From Octopus vulgaris (taxonomy: Eukaryota), in contig OX597816.1 of assembly GCA_951406725.2 (NCBI GenBank), positions 142,228,001 to 142,292,000 on the forward strand: 64,000 nucleotides of DNA, written 5' to 3'. The notes beneath the pieces were generated by a model. The model made no database searches. It was not told the DNA's origin and saw only the letters and a list, made by a program, of their open reading frames with translations. Below, piece by piece: positions 28,162 to 39,910 of this stretch (positions are counted from its first letter, which is position 1; every line of letters begins with the position of its first letter). The position numbers were made by a program, and so were the translations under genes.

Positions 28162-28205
<44 letters not shown>

Positions 28206-28225
28206 CGGAGGCAAGAGAGAGAGAT

Positions 28226-28364
28226 AATATTCAATCCATAGTCACTAGTTCAACAAAATTTATATTCCCTTTCACCTATGGCTCATACGGAACTCATGGT
28301 TTCTGATGAGCCATGGGCAAAACAATATATATTTTGTTGGACTAATTATTATAGATTAAATATT
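28226..28364. repeat. Palindromic (foldback) element, about 139 bp
   Basis: The left arm AATATTCAATCCATAGTCACTAGTTCAACAAAATTTATATT...CCTATGGCTCAT is the approximate reverse complement of the right arm ATGAGCCATGGG...AATATATATTTTGTTGGACTAATTATTATAGATTAAATATT. Confidence 0.85.
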
Positions 28365-28473
28365 TTTTATTCACTCTCAAATTTATCTTTGAGTACTTTA
28401 TTCTAAGTGGTCAGGTATAGCTTCTTTTTGAATTTGTCAGCTCCTATATGTATATAAATATATAGATATATAT

Positions 28474-29263
28474 CAGAGGTGGTGCCAGGTCATCAGTGTC
28501 ATTTGTCATAGGTTTCATCGCTCAGGCTCATCAAAAATTTTGCATAAGACACATGCCTGCTCAAAGAATTTCACGTTTTACCACAATATTTCTAGCCACA
28601 AATAACTTACTTTTTATATCTCACACTATGCCTTTCTCCATTTCTAAGTTAAGCGTAAAAATAAAGCACCCTGCAAAACACAACTGATCTTTTCACACAG
28701 ACGCACAGAATAACAACGATCAAATAACAACAGCAGAGTGCACAACAAACATCAACGGCCTGAATGTCACCTGTACTCTTGACAAGGGATGCCAGTTAGT
28801 TTTTTACACCTACTAGACTCATTCGTATTAACCTGAGTTGTTGGATAATTTTTCATTCCTTTAAGAATATTGTAGAATGGAAACTTTTCATAGATTGCAA
28901 TTTAAATCTTAATCTCTATAGAAATTTATTGTTTCAAGAAAACATTGAATTTGTATTACTTTTAATTTTTGCCGTCTCAGGCAGTAACTTCCAAGCCTGA
29001 GTAAGGTGCGTGTGAACGATGTTGAGAGAACATCTGCTACAAATATTTTTTGATACAGGACACCTCTAAGACAATCACCAAATGCTGAACGAAAATAAAT
29101 TAACTGCGACTAGGCTCAATAAAAGGAGCCCAAGTTATTGTCTGAAATTACATACTTGAAGTCAGTGTTGACAGAAATTAAATCAGTTTACAAATACATG
29201 CTCACTTTACTAAATTTATGCTTGGGCTAATCCCAAACAGCTCAAGTGCCAGAGTTGCCACTG
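28474..29263. mobile_element. Probable non-autonomous hAT-type element
   Basis: Ends CAGAGGTGGTGCCAG and CCAGAGTTGCCACTG. Flanks ATATATAT/ATACATAT (8-bp TSD, 7/8, but low complexity). Confidence 0.5.
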
Positions 29264-29650
29264 ATACATATATATGTATACACACAAACACATTTCTAAT
29301 AAAGGTACAATCCCCAAATTTTGGTAAATCAAGTGAATCAACCTTAGTATTTCATTGGCACTTATTTTATCAATCTCAGAAGAATGAAATGTAAAGTCAA
29401 CCTCAGTAGAATTTTTAATTTAGAAGTAAAGGTATATAATTAAATACGGAAAATCATTTCGTTCATCATTTTACTAATTTTGGCAATCTGCCACACTTAA
29501 CAGTTAATTTTATACTGTTATTATTTCATAGTCATTATTCAGTTTTGCATTACCACTTTTCACCACAACTATAATTTAATTATAATATATAAGTTTATAT
29601 AGGGTCTATATGTATGTACACATATTTACACACATACCTGTATAAATATA

Positions 29651-29689
<39 letters not shown>

Positions 29690-30527
29690 GCATGTATGCA
29701 TACACACGCACATGCGCATGTATCTTTACATACATGTACACACACATCTCAATGTGATTGTAGCCTCGATGGCATAAATAATCTAAAAAACTAAATAACT
29801 TTATATCTATGTGTGTATGTATGGCTGACTGAATTTATGAGAAAACAACATTAATGATGGCATCTTCGCTACTTTATCATTCAGTTATGCACATATCTGT
29901 TGCAAACAAGCAGTCTTTGATCTGACTAAAGAAGGAAAAATTTTGTTCTCTTTTTGATATTTATCATAATTATTATCATTATTAATACTTCACATATATT
30001 ATTGAATATGGGTTTGTGTGTGTGTTTTGGTTGGTTGGTTGGTTTTAGCTTTCTAATTTTGCCTGACTTTTCACCAAATCTATGAAATTAATGCCTAAAC
30101 TTGTGATTGTCAACTTATTTCAAACTTTCGCTGACAAAAATGGAAGAACATTTTCTATATTGTTTTTATTATATACTTTTGAACCTTCATGTAGTATCTG
30201 TCTTTATTTTTTTAATTTAAGATTTCCTGAAATTAATTAAATCAGAACTCTTTTATAATTATTCTTGTAATATTTCTTCATGTTCCTGAAGCTAAAGTTC
30301 AAAAAATTTCTAGAGGGAATTAATAAATGTCATTATAAATAATATAGTATGAATGAGTCCAAAGACCTTGTTTTGGTTATGCGACAGTGTGTTAATAAAT
30401 AAAAATTATTCTGTATTATTGGAACAGTAGTTTTCATACAATTTTATTTAAAATTCTATTGAAAGATTAACCCGAAATTTGATTATTTTACATCTTCAGT
30501 TTATTGATCAATACTTCTTTTAAATAG

Positions 30528-30683
30528 ATGATGTTGAAAGTCCGACTACCTCTTTTAATGATGGTCTCTGGCATAGTTTTCTCATAGCAATTGACTCTAG
30601 TAAAGTTAACTGCACTGTGGACCGGAATTCCAAGGTGTCTGTTAGAGTCTTGGATGTCAAAGCTGGGGCAGACTACTTTTTAG
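30528..30683 (+). CDS. Internal exon (156 nt, phase 1/1), LamG
   Basis: TAG acceptor and GTAAGA donor. Encodes (N)DVESPTTSFNDGLWHSFLIAIDSSKVNCTVDRNSKVSVRVLDVKAGADYFL(G), with the hallmark NDGxWH and YFxG motifs. Not in the ORF track. Confidence 0.92.
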
Positions 30684-31714
30684 GTAAGAATTTATTATAT
30701 ATTTGTTCATTAATGTCTGCTTTTCCATGTTAGCATTAGTTTGGATGAAGAATTATTTGAGAGTGGATTTTATTACCTATTTTCAGGTAAGGGATGTTTT
30801 ATTCCTGAGGTTTTCATAATGTAAACAAAAAATATCAATGTCACCACTCTTTTGCTCAATCAGTGACAAGTGTGGATTCATGCATTCATGTGCATTCATA
30901 CATACATATGTACACACAATGGGTTTGCAGCTTCTGTCAGCTCAATTTTCTCAAAAGGTATTGGTCAGCACCTGGACTAGAGTAGAAGACATTTACCAAT
31001 GATGCTGTGCTATGGGACCAAACCTAAAATTATGGGGGTCTTAAAGTGAATGTGTGCATGTGTTCTTGTTCTGAACTAACTTGGGGGTTGTAACTCCTAA
31101 AGAAAACACATCATGATGTGATCATGATATCAACCTGGCTGTGTCTCATTCAGTTTGTCAGTATGTAAATTATTCTTTTGACTATTTTAAAAAAGAATTA
31201 CATAATTTTTGGTTTAAAACATTGGAAACCTTTCACATATTACCATATCTTAACACACAGTAACAATTAAAGAAACATACTGGCTCTCTTTAACTATGCA
31301 GTCTTCCATTCTAAATTCTGTTGGATGGCACAGTTAAAACAACTTTTCTGCAAAATGGCCTGCTGGAATTTATATCTTAACTTGTGGAGAACATATGCTG
31401 ATTTGAAATCAGAGCTTCATGACTTCATCATACGAACTTCATTTGATTTGTCATTTCTGACCTTGCCAAAATAAAATCTACAGGGTATGATTAGTAGATT
31501 CAAGGAAGAAATGTTGTATGTGATAAAAATTATATTGCATAAAGAAGAAATATCACAATAGTATTCCACTTTCTTCAGTGTTTAATACATTATAAGTCAA
31601 TACAAGAAAGATAACCAACTAGGGTCGGAAGAGTACCAGAAGCCAAAGACATCATGACACCATGTAGATTAAAGTGAACTGTTCGCCAATATGTTTATAC
31701 ACACACACAGTATT

Positions 31715-31901
31715 AAGTCAGGAGGTATGAGATGAATATATTTATTTCATCAGTTGATATCCATAGTACAATGGCCATTTCGCAGCCAATATAATGCAAA
31801 AATGATAAATTATTTTTGCAAAGCATTGGCTGCAAAAATGGCTGTCATCCTATGAATATCAACTGGTGAAATAAATATATTCATCTCATACCTCCTGACT
31901 T
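31715..31901. repeat. Near-perfect 187-bp palindrome (foldback MITE)
   Basis: The outer 35 bp are an exact inverted repeat (AAGTCAGGAGGTATGAGATGAATATATTTATTTCA); pairing continues almost to the centre. Confidence 0.92.
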
Positions 31902-32104
31902 TCTTTATATTCTATATACCCCTCATGAAATATTCTTCACTGTTTGGATTTACTGGATTTCAACTGCATAGGCCTCTACATTACACTCTTATGTATTGTT
32001 TTACTATGTGGTATGTAGCTGGGTCCACTAATGTAGCTTTTTTGTGATTTCCACTGGCTTATATAAGTCCATATACTGTACATTATATATGTGTGTGTGT
32101 GTGC

Positions 32105-32144
<40 letters not shown>

Positions 32145-32146
<2 letters not shown>

Positions 32147-32482
32147 AAAGTAAAAGACCCCCTTCGGTCATGAATGACCATGGGATTGCACCTAGAAAGT
32201 TCCCCTCCAAGGCACAAGTCCAGTCAAGGTTGTTTTATGGAAACCCAACAGTCACCCATGCATACCAGTCTAGCCTCTCCACACCACTAATATTATCCAA
32301 GAGAAAGGCAAAGGCCAATACAGCTTGGCATTGGTGACATCACAACTCGATTTTACAGCTGAGTGAACTGGGACAACATGAAATATAGTGTCTTGCTCAA
32401 GAACACAACACACAGCCCACTCTAGGAATTGAACTAACTACCTCATGATTGTGAGCCCAATGCTCTAACCACTGAGCCATGT
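32145..32482 (-). mobile_element. tRNA-derived CORE-type SINE (related to family C)
   Basis: Minus strand: TGGCTCAGTGGTTAGAGCA...AGTTCAATTCC...GTGTTCTTGAGCAAGACACT. Flanked by (TA)n/(CA)n tracts. Confidence 0.8.
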
Positions 32483-32487
32483 ACCTT

Positions 32488-32568
<81 letters not shown>

Positions 32569-32858
32569 CCCCTAACCCACTTCTCATGTCTCATTTTCTC
32601 ATCCACCCTTACAACCTCTACCCACCTGTACTCTCTGTTCTCCTGTCTCCACTCATTTCTACTCATTTCATACCCTGACACTTCATCAGCAATATTTTAT
32701 CTCTTTCCAACTCCGCTCCAATTACCCCCACCCTGTCTTCTTTAATGGAAATAGCCATGTAACTTCTCTACAGTAAGAAACTTGTTCTGTTCTGGTGCCT
32801 TCTTTCTTTTCCTAGCATATTGTCATCTCCCTCCACTCAGTCAAAGAAGATTTTAGTC

Positions 32859-33054
32859 TTGCAAGCTGCATGGCAACCTCATAGTGCTAGTGCCATAAAA
32901 AAAAATCACCTAGTACACACTATAAAGTGCTTAGTGTTAGGAAGGGTATCCAGCTGTAGAAACCATGCCAATGCACAAGGCATTTCTTGGATTCAGCAGA
33001 CCCTGTCAAACAATCCAGTTCATGTCAACATGTAACATAGATGTTTAATGATGA

Positions 33055-33058
<4 letters not shown>
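32859..33058 (+). mobile_element. RTE-LINE 3' tail fragment
   Basis: TTAGGAAGGGTATCCAGCTGTAGAAACCATGCC followed by a (GAT)n tail. Confidence 0.7.
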
Positions 33059-33093
<35 letters not shown>

Positions 33094-33245
33094 AGAACTT
33101 ATTTTGACAGCCAGCTTCCTGAAGATTTCATCTGAATGAAACAGTTCTAGTCCTGTAGAAGCTCCTTCTATAAAATAGATTACTTTACTCTACTATGTAT
33201 TGAGTACCTTATTTACTGTGGTTAACCCCGACTCAACCCGGGACC

Positions 33246-33289
<44 letters not shown>

Positions 33290-34009
33290 TGCACACTCAC
33301 ACACTCCATTGTCCATTGTTTAACGTTTATATTTCCATGCTTGGCATAGGTCAAACAATAGTATATCAGAGCAGAGTTTTCTATTGCCAGATGCTCTTCC
33401 TGATGCCAACCCCTGCCTGTTTACAAGCAAGGTTATAATTGTCCAGTCTCTTGAACAACAAACAACCCAAACATGGTTACATGGAGAACTGGAAATGGCA
33501 CAATTTGAATGCGGTTTTTGTTAGCATAAATTACGCAACATCTCAAGAAGCCCAGATTTTTTTTTGCTTAGGACTGCAAATAAATGACCCCTTCAACAAC
33601 ATTGTTTGCAACCAGTGAAGACAAGGACATAATACAAACTCATTCACGGAAACACACACACACTCATACTCGTGTGTGTGTGTGTAGATATATCGTGTAC
33701 ATACATTTACATGACAGGTTTCTTTCAGTTTCCACCTACCAAATTCAGTCATAAGGCTCTGAGGTTTTAGTCAGCCCAGAACTATAGTAGAAAACAGTTG
33801 CTCAAGATGTCATATTGTGGGACTGGACCCAAAAATATATGGTTGGGAAGCAAGCTTCTTAATCTACCTACATACACACACACACTTTTTTAAGTGATTT
33901 GACATTGATTATTTGTTAACCAAGCATTGAACACAAGTGGAATATTGTTGTCATACACATACATATACACACACACACACTCATACACAAACTTACACAC
34001 ACACATGTG

Positions 34010-34555
34010 TGAGTGTACAAAGAAATGTTGGATTAAATTTAACTTATTGTGACAAAATGGACCATAATGATGACTGCAAAGCTTTTATGACATGCAAGAG
34101 AGACAACTGCATTGGTTTGGTCATGTGATGCGTATGGAAGAGGACAGCTGTGTAAAGAAGTGCCAGGAAGACATGGGATGAAGTGGTGAGAAAAGATCTT
34201 TGGACACTGGGCCCACTGAGGAAATGACAAGAGATTAGGAGATGTGGTGGATTAGCTGTACTTGTTAAGACACATCAAGCTCAGTAAAATTGCTGTCTTC
34301 CACATGTACAGGCTTGTCCTTTCAGCCAATGCCAGTTAAAAAGCACTCATGCTGGTATTGCATTAATGTGCCCATGCTGGTGACATGTAAAAAGCACCCA
34401 GCACACTCTGTAAAGTGGTTAGCATTAGGAAGGCCATCCAGCCATAGAAACCATGCCACAACAGACAGTTGGAGTCTGAACAACTCCCTGCTAGCCAGTT
34501 CCATATCAAACCATCCAACCCATGCCAGTGTGGAAAGCAGATGGTAAATGATGTT
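34010..34555 (+). mobile_element. RTE-LINE 3' fragment (ORF end + 3'UTR)
   Basis: MQERQLHWFGHVMRMEEDSCVKK and RKTWDEVVRKDL, then the shared tail. Homologous to 52750-53358. Confidence 0.8.
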
Positions 34556-34720
34556 GAGTTACAGAAGTGGTTTGCCAGTTGCAACTTTCTTGCATTCTTT
34601 CTCTGCTTATATAATTCCCAGAACTATTGACCTTACAAAGTTTTAACTGAACATCAATTTTGTCTGTCTCACAAGTTTTGAAAAGTCTGGAAGCTCATGA
34701 ACATTGTCTCTTCTCCTGAA

Positions 34721-34965
34721 CCCTTAAGCATTTAAGCCAGCCATATCTGACCAAATTATTCTGCCACTTTTATGTTCAAACTGGCCAGATTCAACATCTC
34801 ACACCTGCACTACAATGTTATTCTAAAAATAAACAATCACATCATCAAAATGTTGAAGCCACAATATATTGAAGCATGATTAATAAAAAGACAAGCATGA
34901 TTAATAAAAAGACAATGTGAATAAATAAGCAAAACATTTGACAGAATAATGTGAATACTAAAGGG
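34721..34965. mobile_element. piggyBac-type (TTAA) MITE
   Basis: TGAA|CCCTTAAGCATT ... AATACTAAAGGG|TTAA, with an internal 21-bp tandem duplication (AAGCATGATTAATAAAAAGAC). Confidence 0.7.
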
Positions 34966-35294
34966 TTAAACTATTAACTGTTTAACTATTAGACTGTTTA
35001 ATAGAAAATCTACATGTGGTATCAGGAGCAATAACATTATGGTTACTGGTTAAACATCATATAATAGTAAGTCAATATCCGGTAAATCCCAGTTAAATAT
35101 AATTTCAATAGTTTTAATATTATTAAACATAAAGAAAAAAAAAATCCCTCCTCAAATAGTTGCTAAGGCTCCTAATTTATATTTTATAAGAGTTTATTTA
35201 TACTTTCTGAGAAATTATTAAACCCTCATTTATTTTTTTTAAAGAAAAAAGAAGAAAATTCTTAGAGAATCAATAACATCTTTGTGTCTTATAG

Positions 35295-35430
35295 GTAGTT
35301 TTGGTGGAAAACTTGGGTTTATCGGTTGCATGAGACATTTAGATATTGGTAACCTACCAGTTGATGATGGAATGCCAAGAGGTTCAAAGCCTGTGGGAAT
35401 TACCATTGGAAACTGTGCTATTCGAAATAG
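35295..35430 (+). CDS. Internal exon (136 nt, phase 1/2), LamG C-terminus
   Basis: TAG acceptor and GTAAGT donor at 35431. Encodes (G)SFGGKLGFIGCMRHLDIGNLPVDDGMPRGSKPVGITIGNCAIRN(R), with the FxGCM motif and closing Cys. Confidence 0.92.
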
Positions 35431-35594
35431 GTAAGTATAATTTACTGTCACTTTTTAGCTACTTAACAAATCGCTACATTTTAATGAGCTCAGATAATTG
35501 GGATGTAAAGATGTCATTGTTGTTTTACACAGGTTAGAATAATGAAATACTCTGGGGATGTGATGAGAACATGTGTAAAGAAATATTGTCAGAT

Positions 35595-35940
35595 CATCAT
35601 CATCATCGTTTAACGTCCGTTCTCCATGCTAGCATGGGTTGGACGGTTCGACCGGGGATCTGGGAAGCCAGAAGGCTGCACCAGGCTCCAGTCTTATCTG
35701 GCAATGTTTCTACAGCTGGATGCCCTTCCTAACGCCAACCACTCCGTGAGTGTAGTGGGTGCTTTTTACGTGCCGCCTGCACAGGTGCCAGGCGAGGCTG
35801 GCCACGGCCACGGTCGAATTGGTGTATTTTACGTGCCACCGGCACGGAAGCCAGTCGAGGCGGCGCTGGCATCGGCCACGAGTCGGATAGTGCTTTTTAC
35901 GTACCACCAGACCAGGGATCCTGGCTGGTTCAATTCGATA
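35595..35940 (-). mobile_element. Young 5'-truncated RTE-LINE tail
   Basis: (CAT)n start, CpG-rich, reverse complement of 43400-43715. Candidate TSD TCAGAT at 35589-35594 and 35941-35946. Confidence 0.85.
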
Positions 35941-36040
35941 TCAGATAAAGTTGATAAAGCATTTTGTTTATAGCAATATTTCATATGGATAATTAAAATA
36001 CTTTAATAATTTGGTTTCTAAGATTTTTTGTCGTTCATGA

Positions 36041-36256
<216 letters not shown>

Positions 36257-36384
36257 TGATATCTATGCCTTTCTCAAAGACATTTGAAATGAAAATGAAA
36301 TAAGTTGGCTTCACCAGGATATTACTGCAATAACAACATTCTTGGAATATATGCTTTGTACGTTGGCATTTTAACCACATATTG

Positions 36385-36860
36385 TATTCTTTTATTCTTT
36401 TGCTTGTTTCAGTAATTTAATTGCAGCCATACTGGAGCACTGTCTTGAAGGGGTTTTTAGTTAAACAAATTAACCCCAGAACTTATTCTTTGTAATCTTA
36501 GTATTTATTCTATCGATCTCATTTGCTGAACTACTAAGTTATGGGGACGTAGACACATTAGCATCAGTTGTCAATCAATGATAGGGGGACAAAATCAGGC
36601 ACAAAGACACACACACACACACACATACATACATACATACATACATACATACATACATACATACATACATACACACATACATATACACACACACATTCAT
36701 GACGGGCTTCTTTGATTTTCCATCTACCAAATCCACTTGCAAGACTTTGGCTGGCCCAAGTCTATAGTAAAAAATCTCTTGCTCAAGGTGCCACACAGTG
36801 GGACTGAACTCAGAACCACATGGTTGAGAAGCAAGCTTCTTACCATGCAGCCACACCTGC
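36385..36860 (-). mobile_element. Full-length composite SINE family B (tRNA head, CORE-like domain, internal microsatellite, tail)
   Basis: Minus strand: GTGGCTGCATGGTAAGAAG...GAGTTCAGTCCCAC...ACCTTGAGCAAG, then (ATGT)n/(GT)n and a tail ending GAAACAAGCAAAAGAATAAAAGAATA. Confidence 0.8.
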
Positions 36861-37289
36861 TACAGTACTATATTTTCTTGAGTTCTACTTGTTTGACGGG
36901 TGAGTTGATTTGGGATTGTGTATTGCGACTAATTCAACTGCATTAAAGTCATTAAATACATACACTTATATTCACTTTTAATTTGTCATTTTATAGCAAT
37001 AATACATGCATCCATGCATTCATTCATTCTCAAATATCAAAGTCTTTTTGGTAAACAACATTGGCCTGGTCCCAGACATTCTGCTTTACTGAGTAAAAAG
37101 CCAAGTGTTTTCTCCAAGATTAAAGACATTGTCACCTCAGTTTCTCCATTATGATAGACTTATTTGAAATTAAATTTTGGTGCAATTTTCAAAATATGAA
37201 ATAACCACTGGTATTACAGGAGACAGTATTAACCAGAGTAAAAGAGGCAAAATGTGGGATATTTCTGGGTTGGGAAAAGAACTAATATT

Positions 37290-37713
37290 GGATCTTTTCG
37301 GTTTGAACAGCAGTTTTTTCTAGTGGTGTCATATGAAATTGTCACCCATGATTATGACTCCAGTATCGATCTATTGCATTTCAATCTGTTTTAGGATTAG
37401 GGCCTAGTTAGGGGGGGGGGGGGAGGGTATCTTTTTTTTCTTCACAAATGTAAATAAACCCAATCTGTTTCTTAAACGAGGGACATATTCATACGGCACA
37501 GAATGTTTTTTTACCTCAATCGACGTCAGTGATTGGTTGAAATTGCAGAAATTGAAGAAAAAAACAACAAATATCTTACAAACTATAGAATTTTCTCAAT
37601 AAAGCCAAGAGAAAAAGATGTTTTATAAACACATTCTACCAGTATACAAAGTTTAAAATTTTTTAGTTACCTAGAAATTTTGTTAAAAACTGCCATTCAA
37701 ACCGAAAAGATCC
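37290..37713. mobile_element. MITE with 29-bp TIRs and an 8-bp TSD (Merlin-like)
   Basis: TIR GGATCTTTTCGGTTTGAACAGCAGTTTTT vs AAAAACTGCCATTCAAACCGAAAAGATCC (27/29). Perfect TSD CTAATATT at 37282-37289 and 37714-37721. Confidence 0.9.
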
Positions 37714-38417
37714 CTAATATTTCTTTTCACTCTCAGATATTTTACTATGAAGAATGAACTGGCTTCCCAGTTCTTCATATAACTAACCCCTATATGTTTT
37801 GGATATAACAAGTAGAATTTATGCTGGTGAAGTTTTTACTTTGTGATTGCAGTAAAACTGTTAACACTAATAATCAAAAGAATTAGATAAGTAAAAGGAA
37901 TTTTTTTTTCCCCGCCATTAATGATAAATTGCTTTTCAGAAATAAGAACATTCCTAAATATTCTGAAAACACTTCTGCTTTGATAGTCAACTTTAAAAAC
38001 CTGTTTCCCTATAAATTTCCAGAAAATAAATTACAGTAATATTTAGATTTTTTCCCTAGTTTTATATTACTGTATTTTTTTAACTAGTCAAGAAGAATGG
38101 AGTTTTATCACAGCTGTTTCAAAATATTATCATTACAAATACTTTTTGCATTTTTATTTGAGATGACTAGCTTTATTGATACAAAGCCTATTATTTTTTC
38201 TCGTTGTATATTTTCACTTTCCACCGAGTCAGCAAAAGAGAACAAAAATAAATAAATAAATCAGAACTTGCTTACATTTTAAAGACCAAAGTGATACAAT
38301 TTATTAAGTTGTATTCAAATGTCTCAGCAAAAAATAATAGTCTTAGAGTTAATTCTCCTGTTTATTCTTCCATATTTTTCAGTTTTGTATCATTTTCTTT
38401 GTGGTTTCTTTTTACAG

Positions 38418-38552
38418 CTGAACATTACTTGTCATGCCATTACTTCAAGATACATTCTCAGAATGAAATATCAAAAATAATTAAAGTTGATCTTGACGGT
38501 TCTGGACCTCTGAGACCATTTACTATAGACTGCTCATTGAAAAGTGAAGATG
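38418..38552 (+). CDS. Internal exon (135 nt, phase 1/1), start of the fibrinogen-like domain
   Basis: TTTTTACAG acceptor and GTAAGT donor at 38553. Encodes (S)EHYLSCHYFKIHSQNEISKIIKVDLDGSGPLRPFTIDCSLKSED, with the Caspr-family motif SC...DxDGSGPLxPFxxxC. Confidence 0.93.
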
Positions 38553-38898
38553 GTAAGTCTTACCTTAAATATCATTTTATGTCAATTTCTGACAGAGACA
38601 CTAGGCCACAATATTGGGGGAAAGGGAGAGTCAATGTATTTGACAGGTGATTTATTTTATTAATTCCAGAAGGATGAAACACTTAGCTGACCTCAACAGG
38701 AATTGAACTGAGAATATAAAGGGCCATAACTAAATACTGCATGTCATTTTGTTTAATGCTCAGTTGACTCTTCCAATCCTATCATTATATATCAAGCAAG
38801 GTTTGCTGGGTATCAATATTTTAGTTTTTGTTATTGATCAACTATCTAAAACCTCTACATCAGTTACACATGACCTGTTTAAAATCCTTTTTCTTAGC

Positions 38899-39074
38899 AA
38901 AATTTTGTAAATCATTATTCTTATTCATTTTGTATATAAGGTTTTATCCAATTCCCCTTTAATGCTATCATTCAAAAAATAATAAAAATTTTGTAAATTG
39001 TTATTCTTATTCATTTTGTATATAAGGTTTTATCCAATTCCCATTTTAAGGCAGGCATTCAAAAAATAATAAAA
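38899..39074. repeat. 86-bp tandem duplication
   Basis: AATTTTGTAAAT..TTATTCTTATTCATTTTGTATATAAGGTTTTATCCAATTCCC...CATTCAAAAAATAATAAAA occurs twice. Confidence 0.9.
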
Positions 39075-39173
39075 GTTGGATAAAACTTTCCAAAATGTAA
39101 CTTCTTGCTATCTAGGATTTCACCTCCAGGTAATGAAAAAAATTTTAAAAACTGTTTACCTTATGATGTTTAA

Positions 39174-39393
39174 CCCTTTCATTACCAACCCGGCTGAAAC
39201 CGGCTCTGGCTGTGAGTACAAATGTCTTGTTTTCATAAGTTTGGAATTAAAATCTTCCACCAAACCTTAGTCACAATTTATGTTTCTAACACTAGCTTAA
39301 TGATAATAAAGATATCTTACTAAATTCTTTGTTATATTTAAAGTAATTGAAAGAAACACAGAGCATCTCAAAAGAAATACAGTAACAAAAGGG
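39174..39393. mobile_element. piggyBac-type MITE, copy 1
   Basis: TTAA|CCCTTTCATTAC ... GTAACAAAAGGG|TTAA. Confidence 0.9.
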
Positions 39394-39696
39394 TTAACTG
39401 CACTATGTGGCAAAAATAAAAGCAAGGATTTAATCTTTGTGCCTTTGCTCATGATAATTTTAGAATGTCTTGCAGTTCTTTCTTTCTTGAACTTTTCATA
39501 ATATGAACAGAAAAGTAAAATACACATGTAAATTTCTTCCAATATGAAATTATTTTCCATTCTAAACCTACATTTCTTCAGAAAACAATATTCCTGACAA
39601 TCTTACTAAATCTCAAATTGATTAAAATTGTTCATTCTAAGTAGCCCCAATTATGTATGATCATGTAGTATCATGATGTAAAGGAAATCTTTTTAA

Positions 39697-39910
39697 CCCT
39701 TTCGTTACCAACCCAGCTGAAACCAGCTCTGGGTACAAATACCTTGTTTTCATAAGTTTTGAATTAAAATCTTCTACTAAACTTTAGTCACAATTTATGT
39801 TTCTAACAGTAGCTTAATGATAACAAAGTTATTTTACTAAATTCTTTGATATATTTAAAATAATTGAAAGAAACACAAAGCATCTCAACAGAAATATGGT
39901 AACAAAAGGG
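39697..39910. mobile_element. piggyBac-type MITE, copy 2
   Basis: TTAA|CCCTTTCGTTAC ... GTAACAAAAGGG|TTAA; highly similar to copy 1, same orientation. Confidence 0.9.

Noticed and set aside
30499-30527. Alternative upstream CAG acceptor for the third exon
   Set aside because: It adds 28 nt and breaks the frame; the downstream TAG gives the conserved LamG reading.
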